A stretch of 64,000 bases of DNA, taken from NCBI GenBank assembly GCA_013239625.1, contig MU053652.1, positions 434,001 through 498,000 on the forward strand, in the 5' to 3' direction. This DNA comes from Lama guanicoe. Lineage: Eukaryota. Position 1 is the first letter of the stretch. The number at the start of each line of letters is the position of its first letter. Of the stretch, positions 24,281 through 37,760 are shown piece by piece. The translations under genes were made by a program, and so were the position numbers. The notes under the pieces were generated by a model. The model searched no databases. It saw only the letters and a program-made list of their open reading frames with translations, and was not told where the DNA came from.

Positions 24281-27200
24281 GAACTTCTGGAATATAACAC
24301 ATTCATTAGTCAGTGAGTATTGGTGCCAAAACGGTACCTTAGGAAAGGGAAGATAAGTCAAAGTAGAAGGTCAGAAAGAACATTTTCAGTAAATAAAATC
24401 TACATTCAGCAAGAGAAAATGGGTATATAATTAAACATATTGCTTTAAATAAGGAAGTTAATGGCCAAAAATACTGTGGACATCCAAAGGTAATCACACT
24501 GTTTAATCCTGGGAGAAATTCTTAATGGAGATAAATGGATGACCTGAGAGTCTCTTTCCTGTGCTGTGTAAGATAACTGTTACTCTCACTGGTTGAAACG
24601 AGAAGGGGAAAAAAGGGAATGGTAGTACCCACAGAAACGAGAAAAAAGTTGGTTCACCTGCAGACAGATTTACCAGCCAACTCAGCAAAGGGAAGAAGGG
24701 TAGCAGATTTCAGGCCCACATGGAAGCTCTTTGTTAATTTAACTCAATTCAATGAAACACTGACGGAGTACCTGCTATGTTCAAGGAGTAACGCCTTGAA
24801 CTGGTTTTATTACTGATTCAGATGATTAGACTGGCCTTGGCAATGTCTGTGTCCACGTGAAGCACTCCTCCTGCGGGCCCAGCGCGCCTGGGTGAGGTGT
24901 GGTTTCTACCTGGTGCTCTGGCGCCCAGTCTAAGCCAAGACGGAGGACCGATGAGGGGCAGGGGTTGCAGTGCTAGCCGGTCTGGCAGTGGTGGCAGGTG
25001 GTTAACTAATTCACATGACTAATTCGGTGTGGAAAGTGGAAAATTAAGTGAATCACAACATGGATAACTGACCCCTAATGAATTCAAGCTCAATAGCTCT
25101 TTTCACTCTTCTTGTCTCTGGGCTCTTCTAAGTGTATTACTGGGATGCCTTTCTCAACTGTTTCAAGGTTTCAAGTGATTCTGCTGAGGCTAACAGAAGC
25201 TCCAAGATAATGAAGCCTTTCTATGACTTTCTGTTGTAAGTGAAACCTTAAGAAATGATCCTTAGTAAAGGACTGGTATACAAAAGAATCATGGAATAAT
25301 CCATTACCCCAAGAGTAGACAAAGAAAATGCCATATTAGCACTTAAGAATCTTATCTTCTTAATCTAAAGATCAGAATGGCTTGAACTCCTTAGACCATT
25401 ACAAGAAAAATCTTATTTTGGACTAAGTTATACTTTGCCATCAGGATTTTATTGAATACTACAGACTATAGTTAATAAAATTTTAGTATGTTAAAGCTAG
25501 GGCAGGTGTTTTAAATTAATGTGTATTTATTTCTTATTTTTAAAATTCTACTATATACAGCATCAATGGAGTGTCAGTATCCTGCTCACCTTCCTAGAGA
25601 TATTCAGGATTACTCAGACATTTAACAGTCTATAATTATTCTGCTTTAAAAAAAAATCAAACAATCTGTAAGACATTTAACTGAAAAAAGTCCATGTGAA
25701 CAGTCAACTCAATGAGACATGTTACAAGTTAATTCCTAACGAACAAGGGAATGCAGATGAACTCAGACAAAATACCTTGATGCTTCTAAAAGGCCCAAGA
25801 GCTTCAGAGCCAGCATGGGCTATGGAGTTGGACAGTCTGTTTTTATTCTAGTTTTACTAAAACCAAGGTGTAGCAACTACTTCATCTCCATATCCTGCCG
25901 ATACACTGAAGAATAAGTTTACAGAGAAAGTCATTTCATGAGAGCTGAGGTTTACCCTTAAGTTTCACTCACTGTGGCCCCTAATAAACACACCCTGAGC
26001 CTGTGCCTGAGTTCAAAGGCCACGTGGATTTTGGAAGGCTGCTAAACGTAAATGCTCAAAGTTGAATTTCAACTGCAATACACCAAAGAGCCCTCGATGG
26101 TGAAATTAAACTACCAAGCAGAATAGCCCGGTTCTCAACAGTAAGGACAGAAGGAGGGGGGAAAGCTGGAGGCAGACTCTGGCATCTCACTTTGAGTACC
26201 ACTCTGGGCAAATCTTGGCAGTAGAATGAGTCAGAAATGAAACATTCTTAGGATGGCTAAGAATGAGGAAACAGGTTTAAAGGGAGGGGAAACAGAAGGA
26301 AAAACTACCATTTCCTGACATGTATTGAGAGATTACTGTACGTTAGGCGCTGGATCAGGTGTTGCATATACAGTAGTTGACATGATCCTCAAAGCAGTCC
26401 TGTGACAGATCTAGGATACAGACAACACCATCGAGGATGTTAGAAGTGCCTTGTCCAAGGCCAAGCCCATGCTCCTCTGTTGCATCATGCTGGTGCTGAG
26501 GAACAGAAACAAGGCAGGATGGCAACATTGGATGTCGGCCTTGCCTCAATATTCCATGGGCAGGGCTGGGTCAGGGGAAAGAAAGCCTGGGCACTATGTT
26601 GAAGAAATTTCTGCCTGTTTGCGGGAACAGGAGGTGGTGGGAGGAGTTTCCGGCCACTGGTGGCACTTGTGGCAGCCATCTGTCTGTCAGTGACCCAGCC
26701 TCGGCTCCCTGGAGCCAGGCAGACCCAGCAGCATATGCAAAACTCTTCTGTGGGGGCGGATCTCCAGCACACTTCCAAGATTTCTGTGAAAAGCCCAAAG
26801 GCTGTTGGCTTGAGCAAACACGTTAATTGGGCTTGTGGTACCTTTAAACAAATAATACGATGGTGGATTTTTCATCACATTCCCTCCTTTAGAAGCAGAC
26901 AGGACAGAAGTTCCGAGCACCTCTCTCTGGGGCAAGTTGGAGCAAATATTTTTCTTCACAAAGCCAATTCAAAAGGATGGCCTTTATAATTAGTGTATGA
27001 AAAAAAAGACTCTGATACTATTTCTGTTCTGATGCTTACAATGAGAACCCACAAATCTTAAAATTAGTATTTGGGTGAGAATTTCTCTCTACACAATCTT
27101 TCTCAGTATTCTGACACCACTATTTAAAGCCTGTACCATAAAAGGTCAAAAATCTTGTCATTGGTTCTTGAGTGAAGCTTTGTATTTCCCTAAAAATTGT

Positions 27201-27446
27201 GTAAGAGACACCTTCAGAGTAAACGGACAGGTCCTCAGTAGGCCTAAGGAAAGAGTTTCCAATAAAGTGACAGGACATGTGGCTACCTTATTCTAATCTT
27301 TTGTTCAGGCTGCCTTACCTACATCTCCCAGAGATTCCTTATTACAGAGAAGAGACCTGGTCCTAACTAGAAAGTGACACCACTCCACTAGAGTGGCCCA
27401 GAGAAAGCCTAGAACAACACATAAACACCTAAAAGAATGCGTTATG

Positions 27447-27692
27447 AAATCCCAGGCTGGGAGTTCAGAATTTGTAGATACTTGACAGGCATATGCAGAA
27501 TAGATAAACAAGATTATACTGTATAGTGCAGAGAAATATATACAAGATCTTGTGGTAGCTCACAGCAAAAAAAAAAAGTGACAATGAATATACGTATGTT
27601 CATGTATAACTGAAAAATTGTGCTCTACACTGGAATTTGACACAACATTGTAAAATGACTATAACTCAATAAAAAGTGTTAAAAAATAAATT
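27447..27692 (+). mobile_element. Short, young L1 3' terminus
   Basis: 'gtataactgaaaaattgtgctctacactggaatttgacacaacattgtaaaatgactataactcaataaaaa'; 15-bp TSD with 2 mismatches (aaagaatgcgttatg 27432-27446 / aaagaacgcgctatg 27693-27707). Confidence 0.85.
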
Positions 27693-29094
27693 AAAGAACG
27701 CGCTATGGATCAGGTAAAAAGTCTGGATAAAGCATACACATCTTCTCAAAATCATTCACTTGTTGCTGAATTTTTGTTCAGATTTTCAATAATGAGCTAT
27801 ATATAGAAAGAGATACTGTTTGGACTGGCATTTTCCCCTCCAGATGTGAGGCTAATGACTTTATCATTTTCCTTTCAGTAAGTTTCTCCTATAAAGACAA
27901 TCTTTACATACAGAGACCCGCTTACACAGCTTATCAGCCCCTTTACTGAGGTTCAGTAATATAATAATTCCGATAATGCCTTGTCTTCAACAACATCAGG
28001 CTTCATCGTACCTCCCCTTTGCCATACGGTGTGTGTTTTAGAAGAATGAGGTTCCAAAGAGATACAGAATACACACATACTGGAAAACAAAAAGAACGAA
28101 AAGGAACAGAGGAAGCCCCAATTGCAATTAAAATGCAATAGTCTTCCACGGCATGTCCCAATGCTAGTTAATACAGACATTTCCAATAACTTTAATCTTT
28201 AAGTGGTGATGGTTGAAAAAAAAAAAAGAAATCAAGTTTGCGTTTCTTAAAAGACAAGAGCGAAGAAAATGACTTGTCATATCTGACTGGTTCGGAAATA
28301 TTAAATCCAATTCTGAAGAAGCAGAGATAAGAAAAGTGCTGTGGAAACGCCATCAGCTTAGCAAACACCAAATAATGAACAATGCGGAGACTGTCCAGCA
28401 TGATAAAATACTCTATTAGAGGGACTGTTTTTAAATGAGTGATAATTGTGGCACATCCACAGTGAAAGGTTATTGAATTTTTATCTGCAGCAAGAAGCTT
28501 TTGACAGACTTGCTGAAAAGTCCCCTACAAATAGTACCTTCTTTAGATGAATTTGACCAAAGGGGTTTTCCAGCATGTAACATCTCTCTGACATTTACAG
28601 GATTTTTGCTTCCTTGAAGAATCTCATCAGATATTCTTGGTTTCTGGAAAGACACTTGGGTTTTTTTCATCAGCCTTAAAGAAAAGTCCTCATTATTCTT
28701 CCTTTCATAAAAATTGGATTAAGATGTTAGTTAAAAACTCTAGTCGAATCCACCTAGGATTCAGCCACCAGACCTTAAAGATGACAGTACACAGAATTAA
28801 CTGCTATTCACAACCAGCACTGTGCCCTGGAGACCCACACCTGACACATTCTTGCACCTCGCATGATGGAGGAGGGAGGTCTTTTACATTTTTATCGTCT
28901 AGTTTGTAACACTGGGCGTAAATCACAGTATTGAACTTAGGATAGAAAAGTAAAAGAGAATCTTTCCCTAAATACATGACTACAAAATTTGGTTTCAAAA
29001 TAGATCCTTGGTAGGGGAGGGGGTGGTCAGGGGATTTCCAACTTTTAAAAGCTTCAGCTTCTTACAGTGGGTGAAGGTCAAGATCACCTCTTTT

Positions 29095-29206
29095 ATTTTT
29101 TCATTTTTCACTTGTTTTTAAAAATTATAGTAAAAGCAGTTACAATGTGTCAGTTTCTGGTGCACAGTACAATGTTTCGATCATACATATATTCGTTTTC
29201 ATATTT
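29095..29206 (-). mobile_element. Very short (~112 bp) L1 3' terminus
   Basis: T-rich tail plus 'ttacaatgtgtcagtttctggtgcacag'; 15-bp TSD with 1 mismatch (aagatcacctctttt 29080-29094 / aagatcacccctttt 29207-29221). Confidence 0.8.
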
Positions 29207-30899
29207 AAGATCACCCCTTTTAAAGTGCATCCAATGTTGTTCATAGACACATTCAGGGATGTAGCATGGTGCCCATCTTGCTGCTATGATTTTGGGAAAC
29301 AGCAGAAGAATAACGTTGTCCCTGTGGGGAAACAGACACGCTGTCTGCTGTTCCAGGCACACTAGCAACAGGTGGTTATGTTCTTTTTTTAGACCCTGTG
29401 GTCGTGCTCTGAGAACAGCCAGGTTCAGTATAGATTTTGTCACCATCTCATCTCGACCTTGGGCCAATGGCCAGCCTTCTGTTTCATGACCATGTTTTGT
29501 AAAACTGAGAAAATAAAGGCTTGCTTGTTAACTCCAGCTTGAGGCGGGGATAAGGGATCACGAATTAATGATCATAAAGGTCCTTGAAAGGATGAAATGC
29601 AATCAAAGTGTGGAGTGGCATTACTGTCATCGCGGCATCCTTTGGGGCTGTCACAGGCACGCACGTTTGCACACATCCGCCCTTTTGCTACACTTCCCTG
29701 GAGCTGGCAGTCTGGAAGTGGTCTTTGTGCACTACCGATTAATAAGTAAGCTGTCTGAGAAAGCAGATCCAGTTTACACTTAGAATCTTTTTCTAAATCC
29801 AATCTCACAAAGTGACGGAGATTTCTCACATTAAATCCAGGCCGGCCCCCAATCCTCTTCCTACTCTCCTCGCCAGGAGTTGTCTCTCCCACCTGCTGCA
29901 TTTAGAGTTTATCTACATTTAGTTTCAAGGGTCAAGAAATTAAAAGACATTCTTTTTCTAGTGAGGAGCTCATGGAGTCATAGCTTCACACTGGGGAGGG
30001 GGCTTATCTCACGTTTTAAACCACCCAGCTATCGAGGGCTTTTCCAGACAAGAGCTTAGATTTAATAGCACCATCAGTGCCTCCAGGTACAATCTTTCAC
30101 TGGCTCCCACTGTAAGAGGTTTTCTCTGTTTGGCAGCCAAATCAGTCCCCTCAGACTTCCTGTTCGAGTCCTGCTGCCCCAGTAGTAGCCCTCCTCTCCC
30201 GGCTCAGGGTGCCAGTCCAGGCACCGGCAGTCCTGCACTTCTGCCATCTCATCAGCCCGGCTGTTCATTTCAGCCATTCCAAAGCCCTCTCTTGTCTTCC
30301 AGCTTCTTCTGCCTCCCCCTTTCCACAGACATTTTTCATTTCTATTTCTTCTTCCTGTTTCCATTGTAGAGTTTTATTTGATGACACAATCATTCAGCTG
30401 GAAGCTCCCAGCCACCACACTTGAGCCATCCCTGGTATTACCATATTTTAAAAAAATGTTTCCCTTCTGGATACAAATGCTGGCATTTTCAAAGAAACAG
30501 CCACGTAAGTCTTCACGGGTAGATACTTAGAACTCCCCAAATTACACGGCAGCACGCACAGAACAGCCTTTGAGAGCTTCATGGCTGACAGCCACCTCCT
30601 TGCCGAGGGAGGCAGGGGGCTGTTTTCTAACCAGTACTCGGGACGGGACAAAGAGCTCGACAGACGACCAGCTGGTTGACAGGAAGGAACTGTATTTGGT
30701 TCTGGAATGTTTTTCAATGATATCCGAACCCTCTTTTCAGAGTTTGGAAGAAGAAAAAGGACAGATGTTAATAGAATTTTAAAAGCAACCACAAGACTTT
30801 AAATAAAAGCCTGAAGGGTCAGGAGGAAGGGGAAGACCTAGTCCTGCGGAAGGAGAACAGTGAGTGAGACCCAGCGACAGGGGTCATACAGTGTGGCGG

Positions 30900-31130
30900 T
30901 ACCACCACATTGTGTTCCCACTGTGTGCTACGCACGGCTAAGAAGTCCAAGTTCATCACCTCAGGTAATGGTTACACCAACCCAATGAGTCTGCATCATT
31001 ATATCTACTTGACAGGTGAGGAGACCTACTTAGTTCAGAAAAGCTAAATCATTTCCCTATAGTGATACAATAATTTGCCCGATTTGTCCCCAGGTGTGCT
31101 TGACTTCAAACTCAAATGTGTACTATATGC
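30900..31130 (-). mobile_element. MIR SINE
   Basis: 'cattatatctacttgacaggtgaggagacct', 'cccaggtgtgcttgacttcaaa'. Confidence 0.6.
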
Positions 31131-32903
31131 CTCCTAGACTAAGGGAGAAGCATGGGAAAGAGTCTATGAATTAACAGAACATCCATGTTTAGAAACAGGC
31201 AAAATGCTCATGACTTAGAAGCCATGTGAGGGTATTCAGTGAGAAGAAAGGGAAAACAGAAAGAGTAGAAATGCTTAAAAAGTGGACTAACCCTTGTGTA
31301 TCAGTACTTAAAATGTGCTAAGGACAAAGGAACATAGGAATCCCACGTGCAAGCCTGAAGCTTGGGTGATAATCAACAGTAATACTGCATATGGTACATC
31401 AGTGTGAGGAGGGTGCTAGAGGAGTCCAAATATTTTTCCTTATAAAGTGAGAGAATTACCAGCATCTCCACTGTAACAACACAGGTCTCAGAAAATTTCT
31501 AAGAACAATCAGGTGAACACCCGAAGCACAGGGACTTCCTCACACAATTCTTTCTTCATTGGGATCAATTTCAATCACTTCATAAGTAACAATAGAGAAC
31601 AATGGAGACCAAAAATGAACAAAACTGAATCAGCATAAAATTGTCATTTAGTGTTTTTATTCCTACAATACATATGATTAGTTCTGAAATTGGTACAACA
31701 TGGAAGTGTATTTGGACACTTCCAAATATTTTAAGAAGTGATAAAGGCTCACACAAAGTAGCTGTGTCAACTAGGTAAGATGGAAACAAAATCTGAATTG
31801 GATAGTAGGTGGAAAATTCATGAACAAGGCGTAATACCCATGGTAATGTAAATTTCTCAGTAAACAGGATGCTCATGAAACTAAGCAATGCCAATGAATT
31901 TGGAAGCCGTCAGCAAGAGAGGAAAAAGAATGGTAAGAGTGAAACCGCAGAATGAGAGTCAGTTTAAGAAAATGACAACTAATAAGGCCAAAAAATGGTA
32001 ACAGCAGAGAAAGCCCAACCTTGGAAAGACGATTAGAGAAACGAAATACGTAGAGTTAGACTAAGCAACTCCTGAGCAGGGGCTGTCTGATAACAGTCTA
32101 CAAATATTTGGAACTTGTAAATACCCAAGCAGGAGAGGAATTACCATGCATGGAGTTTTAATTAAAAATAATCAGATGAAATTCTGACAGGAAAACTCTG
32201 GCTTAATGGTTTAACAAAAGCACAGCTGAAACAGGACAATGTCCCACGAGATCTTGGCAAGGGACATTTTTATTCTCATTTGTGTCAAAGCAGAAAAACA
32301 AGCAGCAAGGGGAGGGGGAGTCTGCATTTTATCTTTCATTTGCCATTAAGGCAGACAAAGCCGATGATCGTGAACTTGATTCATATTCAATTCCTATTCC
32401 ACCTTCTAGAAAATGGTAAATCCTAGTAGGAAATGCATAAAGGCCTCCTGGTTTGCCACAAAACCATGTATTTGAGGGATGGGGGTGTACAGACACACGG
32501 ACCGTGTCCCTCTTTATTTTCAATAATATAATTGACTTGTAAAGACTTCCACCTTCATTCAATCAGTTTGGCAATTGCAGCGTTTTGTGTTACAAGAGAC
32601 CCTGATTCCTCGCCCTTCTCATTTAGGTGACTTGAAAAAGGTTAAGAGGAATGTTTTTATTTTTAGTCAGACTTGGGGCCAGTTTGGCTGACTAGGAACT
32701 GCTAAGCAGAAGTGGGTCGTCGTCTGACTCTGGTACAGAAATGAAGTACAGCTCTCTGAGCCTGGTGTTCTTGTCTGTAAAATGGGAAGTCATGTTAACC
32801 CCAAACTTTTGAGACTAGAACTGGCAAAATAACTCCAAAGCATTTCCCAAATATAAAGAGCTATGGAAATTAAAGAAGAATTTAGGAGGGGGTGCTCAAA
32901 AAT

Positions 32904-33232
32904 CAGTGGTTCTTCACCTTGGCTATTTGTTGAAATTGCCTGAGGAGATGTTAAAAGGTAAGATATTCTGGGCATCTCCCCTGGAGAGTCTGATGGAAAG
33001 CTCAGGAGATGATTCTAATATAAGCCAAGGTTAAGAACCAATCCTGTAGAACAGTGGTTCTCAACCTCTGAGTCTAATGGTTTGGGGATGCCCAGGCCAC
33101 ACCTCGGAACAATTAAATGAAAATCTCGGGGAGTGGGGCCCAGCAGCAGTATTTTTCCCCAGCATCAGTATTTTAAAAACTCCCCAACTGATTACAATTG
33201 ACTTGCAGCTGACTTTGAGAATTGGTACTCTA
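32904..33232. mobile_element. Two adjacent MER5-type hAT-Charlie elements (about 32904-33045 and 33052-33232)
   Basis: Both start with the TIR 'cagtggttct'; motifs 'gatgattctaat…aggttaagaacca' and 'ggagtggggcccag…ctccccaactgatt'. Confidence 0.7.
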
Positions 33233-33739
33233 AAAGGACTTGTATACGGGTTTTGAGCCAACATTGCACTTCAGAAGAATCTAATGCAAATGGGTTTAAA
33301 TAAGACTTTATTTTTAGTGAAGAAAATTCAAATAACTCTTTTCATCTCAGCATGGCTCCCTCTGGAATTAATATGCTTGTATACATTTATTAAGGATTGT
33401 TTAGCACTGTGGCAACTAAGAAGCGGGTACAGGCCCTAATAGAATGCATTGCTCAGGGTATAAAAAACAGTTCCTCCCACACAGAGACTTTTAGACCCAC
33501 AAGATTATAATCTTTATCAACTGCATAATTGTTTGAGGTGGGCAATAATTTTTTTTTCTTAGCAGCTATCCAACTTGTCCAAACACTGGGCTTATAATAG
33601 ATGCTTTCATCATGTTAAAAAAAAACAGTCACTAGAAAGATAAACAGACAAAAGCAATTTGTGGTGATAAAGTGGAAAGTCGATCTAGAATTCAGAAGGA
33701 ACTGTCTAGAGGGGACTACATGAGTTGGAGGCATAAAAA

Positions 33740-34237
33740 TCAATCCCAGAACATGACCAGTGATAATTCACATTGGTAGGAATTATCCTTAATATGATGT
33801 GATGAGAACAGTTTATCTTTGTGGTTTTCCTTCTCAAAACCCATGAGCCCAGTCTAATCATGAAAAGAGATTAGACAAACATATTGAAGGACATTCTGCA
33901 AAATATCTGACCAGTATTCCTCTAAACTGTCAAGATCATCAAAGACAAGGGAAGTCTAGGAAACTGTCACAGTCTAACTGAGCCTAAAGAGACAATGACT
34001 AAATGTATTATGATATCCTAGATGGGCTCCTGGAACAGAAAAAAGACATTAGATAAAAACTAAGGAAATCTGAATAAAGTATAGAATTGAGTCAATAATA
34101 ACGTATCAACATTGGTTCATTAGTTGTGACAAATATAAGATGAAAACAACGGGTACAAGAAACCCAACAATTCTGTCCTATCTTTGCAACTTTACTCTGT
34201 AAGTATTATAAATTAAAATTTTTCTTAAAAAAAAAAT
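33740..34237 (+). mobile_element. L1MC/L1MB-type 3' end
   Basis: 'cccagtctaatcatga', 'ctggaacagaaaaaagacattag', 'tatctttgcaacttt', A-tail. Confidence 0.8.
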
Positions 34238-34597
34238 CAATCCCTGGAGTCCCACAGTGGACATACTAGCATTTATCCATGAACTGAGGTGTGGAATTAC
34301 ATTAGTAGCTGGAATCTGAGCATCATGAGGAAAGTGTGATGACTGGACAGCAGCCAGGTTGGAAACAAGCAAAAAAGGAAGCTACAGTTATTTTATATTG
34401 GTTGATGTGAACATTTCTCAAAATAATTAAATCGAATAATAAACTAACCAAACTGCAACAGAAGTCATCTGAAGGTGTGCAAATGTGCCAATAATATGAA
34501 ATTACAGTCCTGCCACAGGGAAACATGTGTCTTGTCCTGTGTCTGACTATGTCGGGAGAAATAAAAGATTCTGAACAAATTATATAAATATAGGAAA

Positions 34598-34845
34598 GGG
34601 TTTCCCAGAAGTTTTCCATGCAAGAAAAGTCTTGTGAGATGCTCTGGGGTGAGAGAATTCCATTGATAAGTAAGTTTGGGAAACACTGCATTGCTGTAAT
34701 TACTCCATTAACATATTAAAGACTTTAAAAATTTCACTGTATGCAGGAACTATATTTAATGTTCTTTAACCTAATCTCAAGTGTACTTGATCACTAAACT
34801 TTTTTTCCCTTTAGTAACAATAGAAAAAATTCTGGACAATGCTAG
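34598..34845. mobile_element. hAT MER103C-like element
   Basis: 'ggtttcccag…gagatgctctg…taagtttgggaaacactgca'. Confidence 0.55.
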
Positions 34846-35032
34846 GCCTAAAATATACTTCTCTGCCAGAGGATATGGAGGCTAAACAATTGAATTATTT
34901 ATCAACAATTGAATTATTATTATCGATAAAACTATGTGAACATTTCAAGTCTGTTTCAAAAAGCTAAGTATATGGACGGGCATTAGTTTATCAATAAGAC
35001 CTTTATCAACAGTGACCTAGGTGACTGACCTA

Positions 35033-35223
35033 AGTACTATCCAACAGGACGTTCTGTGATGATGAAAATGTTCTACGACTACACTGTCCAATACAGTGGC
35101 TACTGAGCATTTGAAATGTGGCTAGGATGACTAAGCAAATGAATTTTCTATTTTAGCTAATTTTAATGAATTTAAATTTAAATAGACACACAAGGTTAGT
35201 GGCTACTGCAGAGAACAGTACAG
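35033..35223. mobile_element. hAT-Charlie MER3-like element
   Basis: 'ttctgtgatgatgaaaatgttcta…ctgtccaatacagtggctactgagcatttgaaatgtggcta'. Confidence 0.8.
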
Positions 35224-35789
35224 CAGCTAGAATATATTCTATGACATGATAACAAGACAAGTGAAGTTTCTAACTTAGAAAATACTTGTGGAACATATCA
35301 AGAGGGTGAAAATTAATAAGATATTTTCTTTCAACTAAGATGAAATTCAAAAGGGAGATGTACAATAATCCTGCATATTTAAAGCACAAAAAGTCTGGTT
35401 ACACACAAGACAAGGAAGATCAAAAATGATCACAAGTTAACTGTAGGCATTAAAGTGCTTTGATTAAAAAAATGATAAGATGACTTTCCTGGATAGTTCA
35501 GTAGGAATATGGTATGCATGGAGCTGCTCTGTACTGCCAGTACTTAACCTTGGTACTGGTCAAGACGGTACTTAACCTGCCAGTACCTAATCTTGGTCAA
35601 GACAACGATGCAGTAGAGAGAAAATTAAACAGGCAATGTGAGGACTTGTTCCCATCCCAGTTCAGGTAGAGACATGCAGAGTGACCATTCTGAACCCTTA
35701 ATGTTAACTTCATGTGCAAAGTAACTTGAGTTGGACCAGATGATTTCTAAGATCCCTAGCAACAGTTCTACTTTAAGAAAGAAGTATAA

Positions 35790-36290
35790 TTCGTACACTT
35801 ACATGTCACTGCAGCATTATGCACAACAGCAAAGAGGTGGAAGCAATCGAAATGTTTGAAAGATGCCTGGATAAAGAAGATGTGGTATATCCACACAACA
35901 GAGTATTACTCAGCCTTAAAAAAGAAGGAAATCCGGTCATATGCTGTAATACGAATAAATTTTGAAGACAGGCTAAGTGAAATGAGCCAGTCACAAAAAG
36001 ACAAATACTGCATAATTCCACTTGTATGAGAGCATCTAAAATAGTCAAACTCATAGAAACAGAAAGTAGGAAGTAGTTACCAGGAGTTGGGGGTGGGGTG
36101 GGGGAAATAAGGATTTTTGTTCAGTGGGTACAGTTTTAGTAATGAGAGATGAAAAAGTTCTAGAGATCTGTTGCACTGTAATAAATACATAATTAACACT
36201 ACTCTATTGTACCATACACTTAAAACTGGTTAAGATGGCATATTTGATGTTGCCTATTTCTTACCACAATAAAAATAAGTATATAAATAA
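35790..36290 (+). mobile_element. L1MA/MB 3' end
   Basis: 'gctaagtgaaatgagccagtcacaaaaagacaaatactg', 'gatgaaaaagttctagagat'. Confidence 0.85.
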
Positions 36291-37429
36291 GTGCATAACT
36301 AATACTATGACTCCTGAACCAATTCCAGGAACCTAAATTATGAAATTTATTTGACCTGGAAATTAGATGTTAAACCCTGTGACTTCTCAAGCTAAAAAAA
36401 GGTTATGATATGACTTTTTATGACTTTTTTATTATCCATGCATGTGGGCACAGCAGGAACTTCAGTAATGAGAACTCAGTAAGCCAGAGGTGAGAAAGTC
36501 TGGGGTCAAAGGAACTTACAACATGGGTCACATTCACAAAGGCTAACAGTCAAACCACCATCCAAGAGAGTGTCAGTGAACTTGGGCCTGATCTGGGCTC
36601 CTAATTCTATTAGATCTGGTTGCCAAGGACTCAGAGACTGGGACCTTTGGGCCTAGTCTTTAATATCCAGAGATGGGCAGGTAGGGGCCAAAGAACTGTT
36701 TTCAGATACATTAAAGTATTTTATTGAAAAAATATTCAACATTTCTGAAGCATAAGACAGAAGAAAGAAGTTTAGACTGAAGCAAAAGAACTTTAATAAA
36801 AAGATATTGACTTCCTTGATGGTAAGGTTACTTAAAGAGCAGAATATATGATCAAGGAAGTTTTAGATTCTCTAATCCTGGAGATTTTTTTACAGAATCC
36901 AAGACAGAGAGGAGGGCGCCTCTGAGGAAGCAATGCAGACAAAATAAGCCCTGGAGTCCCCTTCGAATTCTCTGTAGTCTATTTTTAAAAGCAACACATC
37001 TTGAAAACAAAAAGATAAAACACAAAAGAAAATCATTAGTGTTCCAAACGAATACACTCTAACAATTTTTATGTAGGTCACATTTTGCTGAAAATTTCCT
37101 TCACTGTAACAGTTACCCTCAGAGTTTTTACTTAGGATTCTTGCAAACAGCAAATACTACAGAGGACAGATATTATTCTGTGCCTTTACTACAAGGCTGA
37201 AATTGTGATCAATGGGGGAAAATAGGTGTAAACCTAGATCCCGAATGCCCACTGCTAAATATAATTCTGCTCAACTTCCTTGTACTGAAAGCATATTTGT
37301 TAAAACTGAACATAAAGAGACTCTAGAAGAGGGAGTGAGCGACTAAGTTGCAGGTGGGGGTCAAGAGTCAGAAAATAAGGTGTATACTAAAGGAATCTGA
37401 GAGACCCAATGAGAGGAGGTCAAGCTAGA

Positions 37430-37760
37430 TTATTCCAAGTCTTCTCTGGGACTGTTTTGGGAGACAAAAATCCTCTTTTTGTCTGAGATGAAATAATCTT
37501 GTGGCTGTTGATGGCCAAGGATGTGGCCCTATGAAAAGCTCTTATCTGAGATGGACTGCAATAAAGAGAATACACCAACAAACAGGGAAAGGGAGAGAGA
37601 GGGAGCAGGTTTGTAAACATGTTTGTGACGTGACGTTATCCCATGAACCTCTGGATCCAGCCACACCTGAGTCTTCTGATTTACTACTTTTATAAATCAA
37701 TGCATTCTTTTTCCTTTCACTGGGCTGTGACTTTCAACAGAAAGAATCTTAAGTAGAATA
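37430..37760 (+). mobile_element. Old MaLR LTR (MLT1J/K-like)
   Basis: 'ctggatccagccacacctgag' and end 'gactttcaacagaaagaatcttaa'. Confidence 0.6.

Noticed and set aside
26650..26668. CTCF-like 'ggccactggtggcact'
   Set aside because: One base short in the core relative to CCACYAGRKGGCRC.
26355..26989. Cluster of overlapping ORFs on both strands
   Set aside because: Explained by locally higher GC; no recognisable protein or exon structure; left part overlaps a MIR-like fragment.
29010..29034. G-quadruplex candidate (also 22976-22989)
   Set aside because: Fewer than four well-separated G3+ runs.
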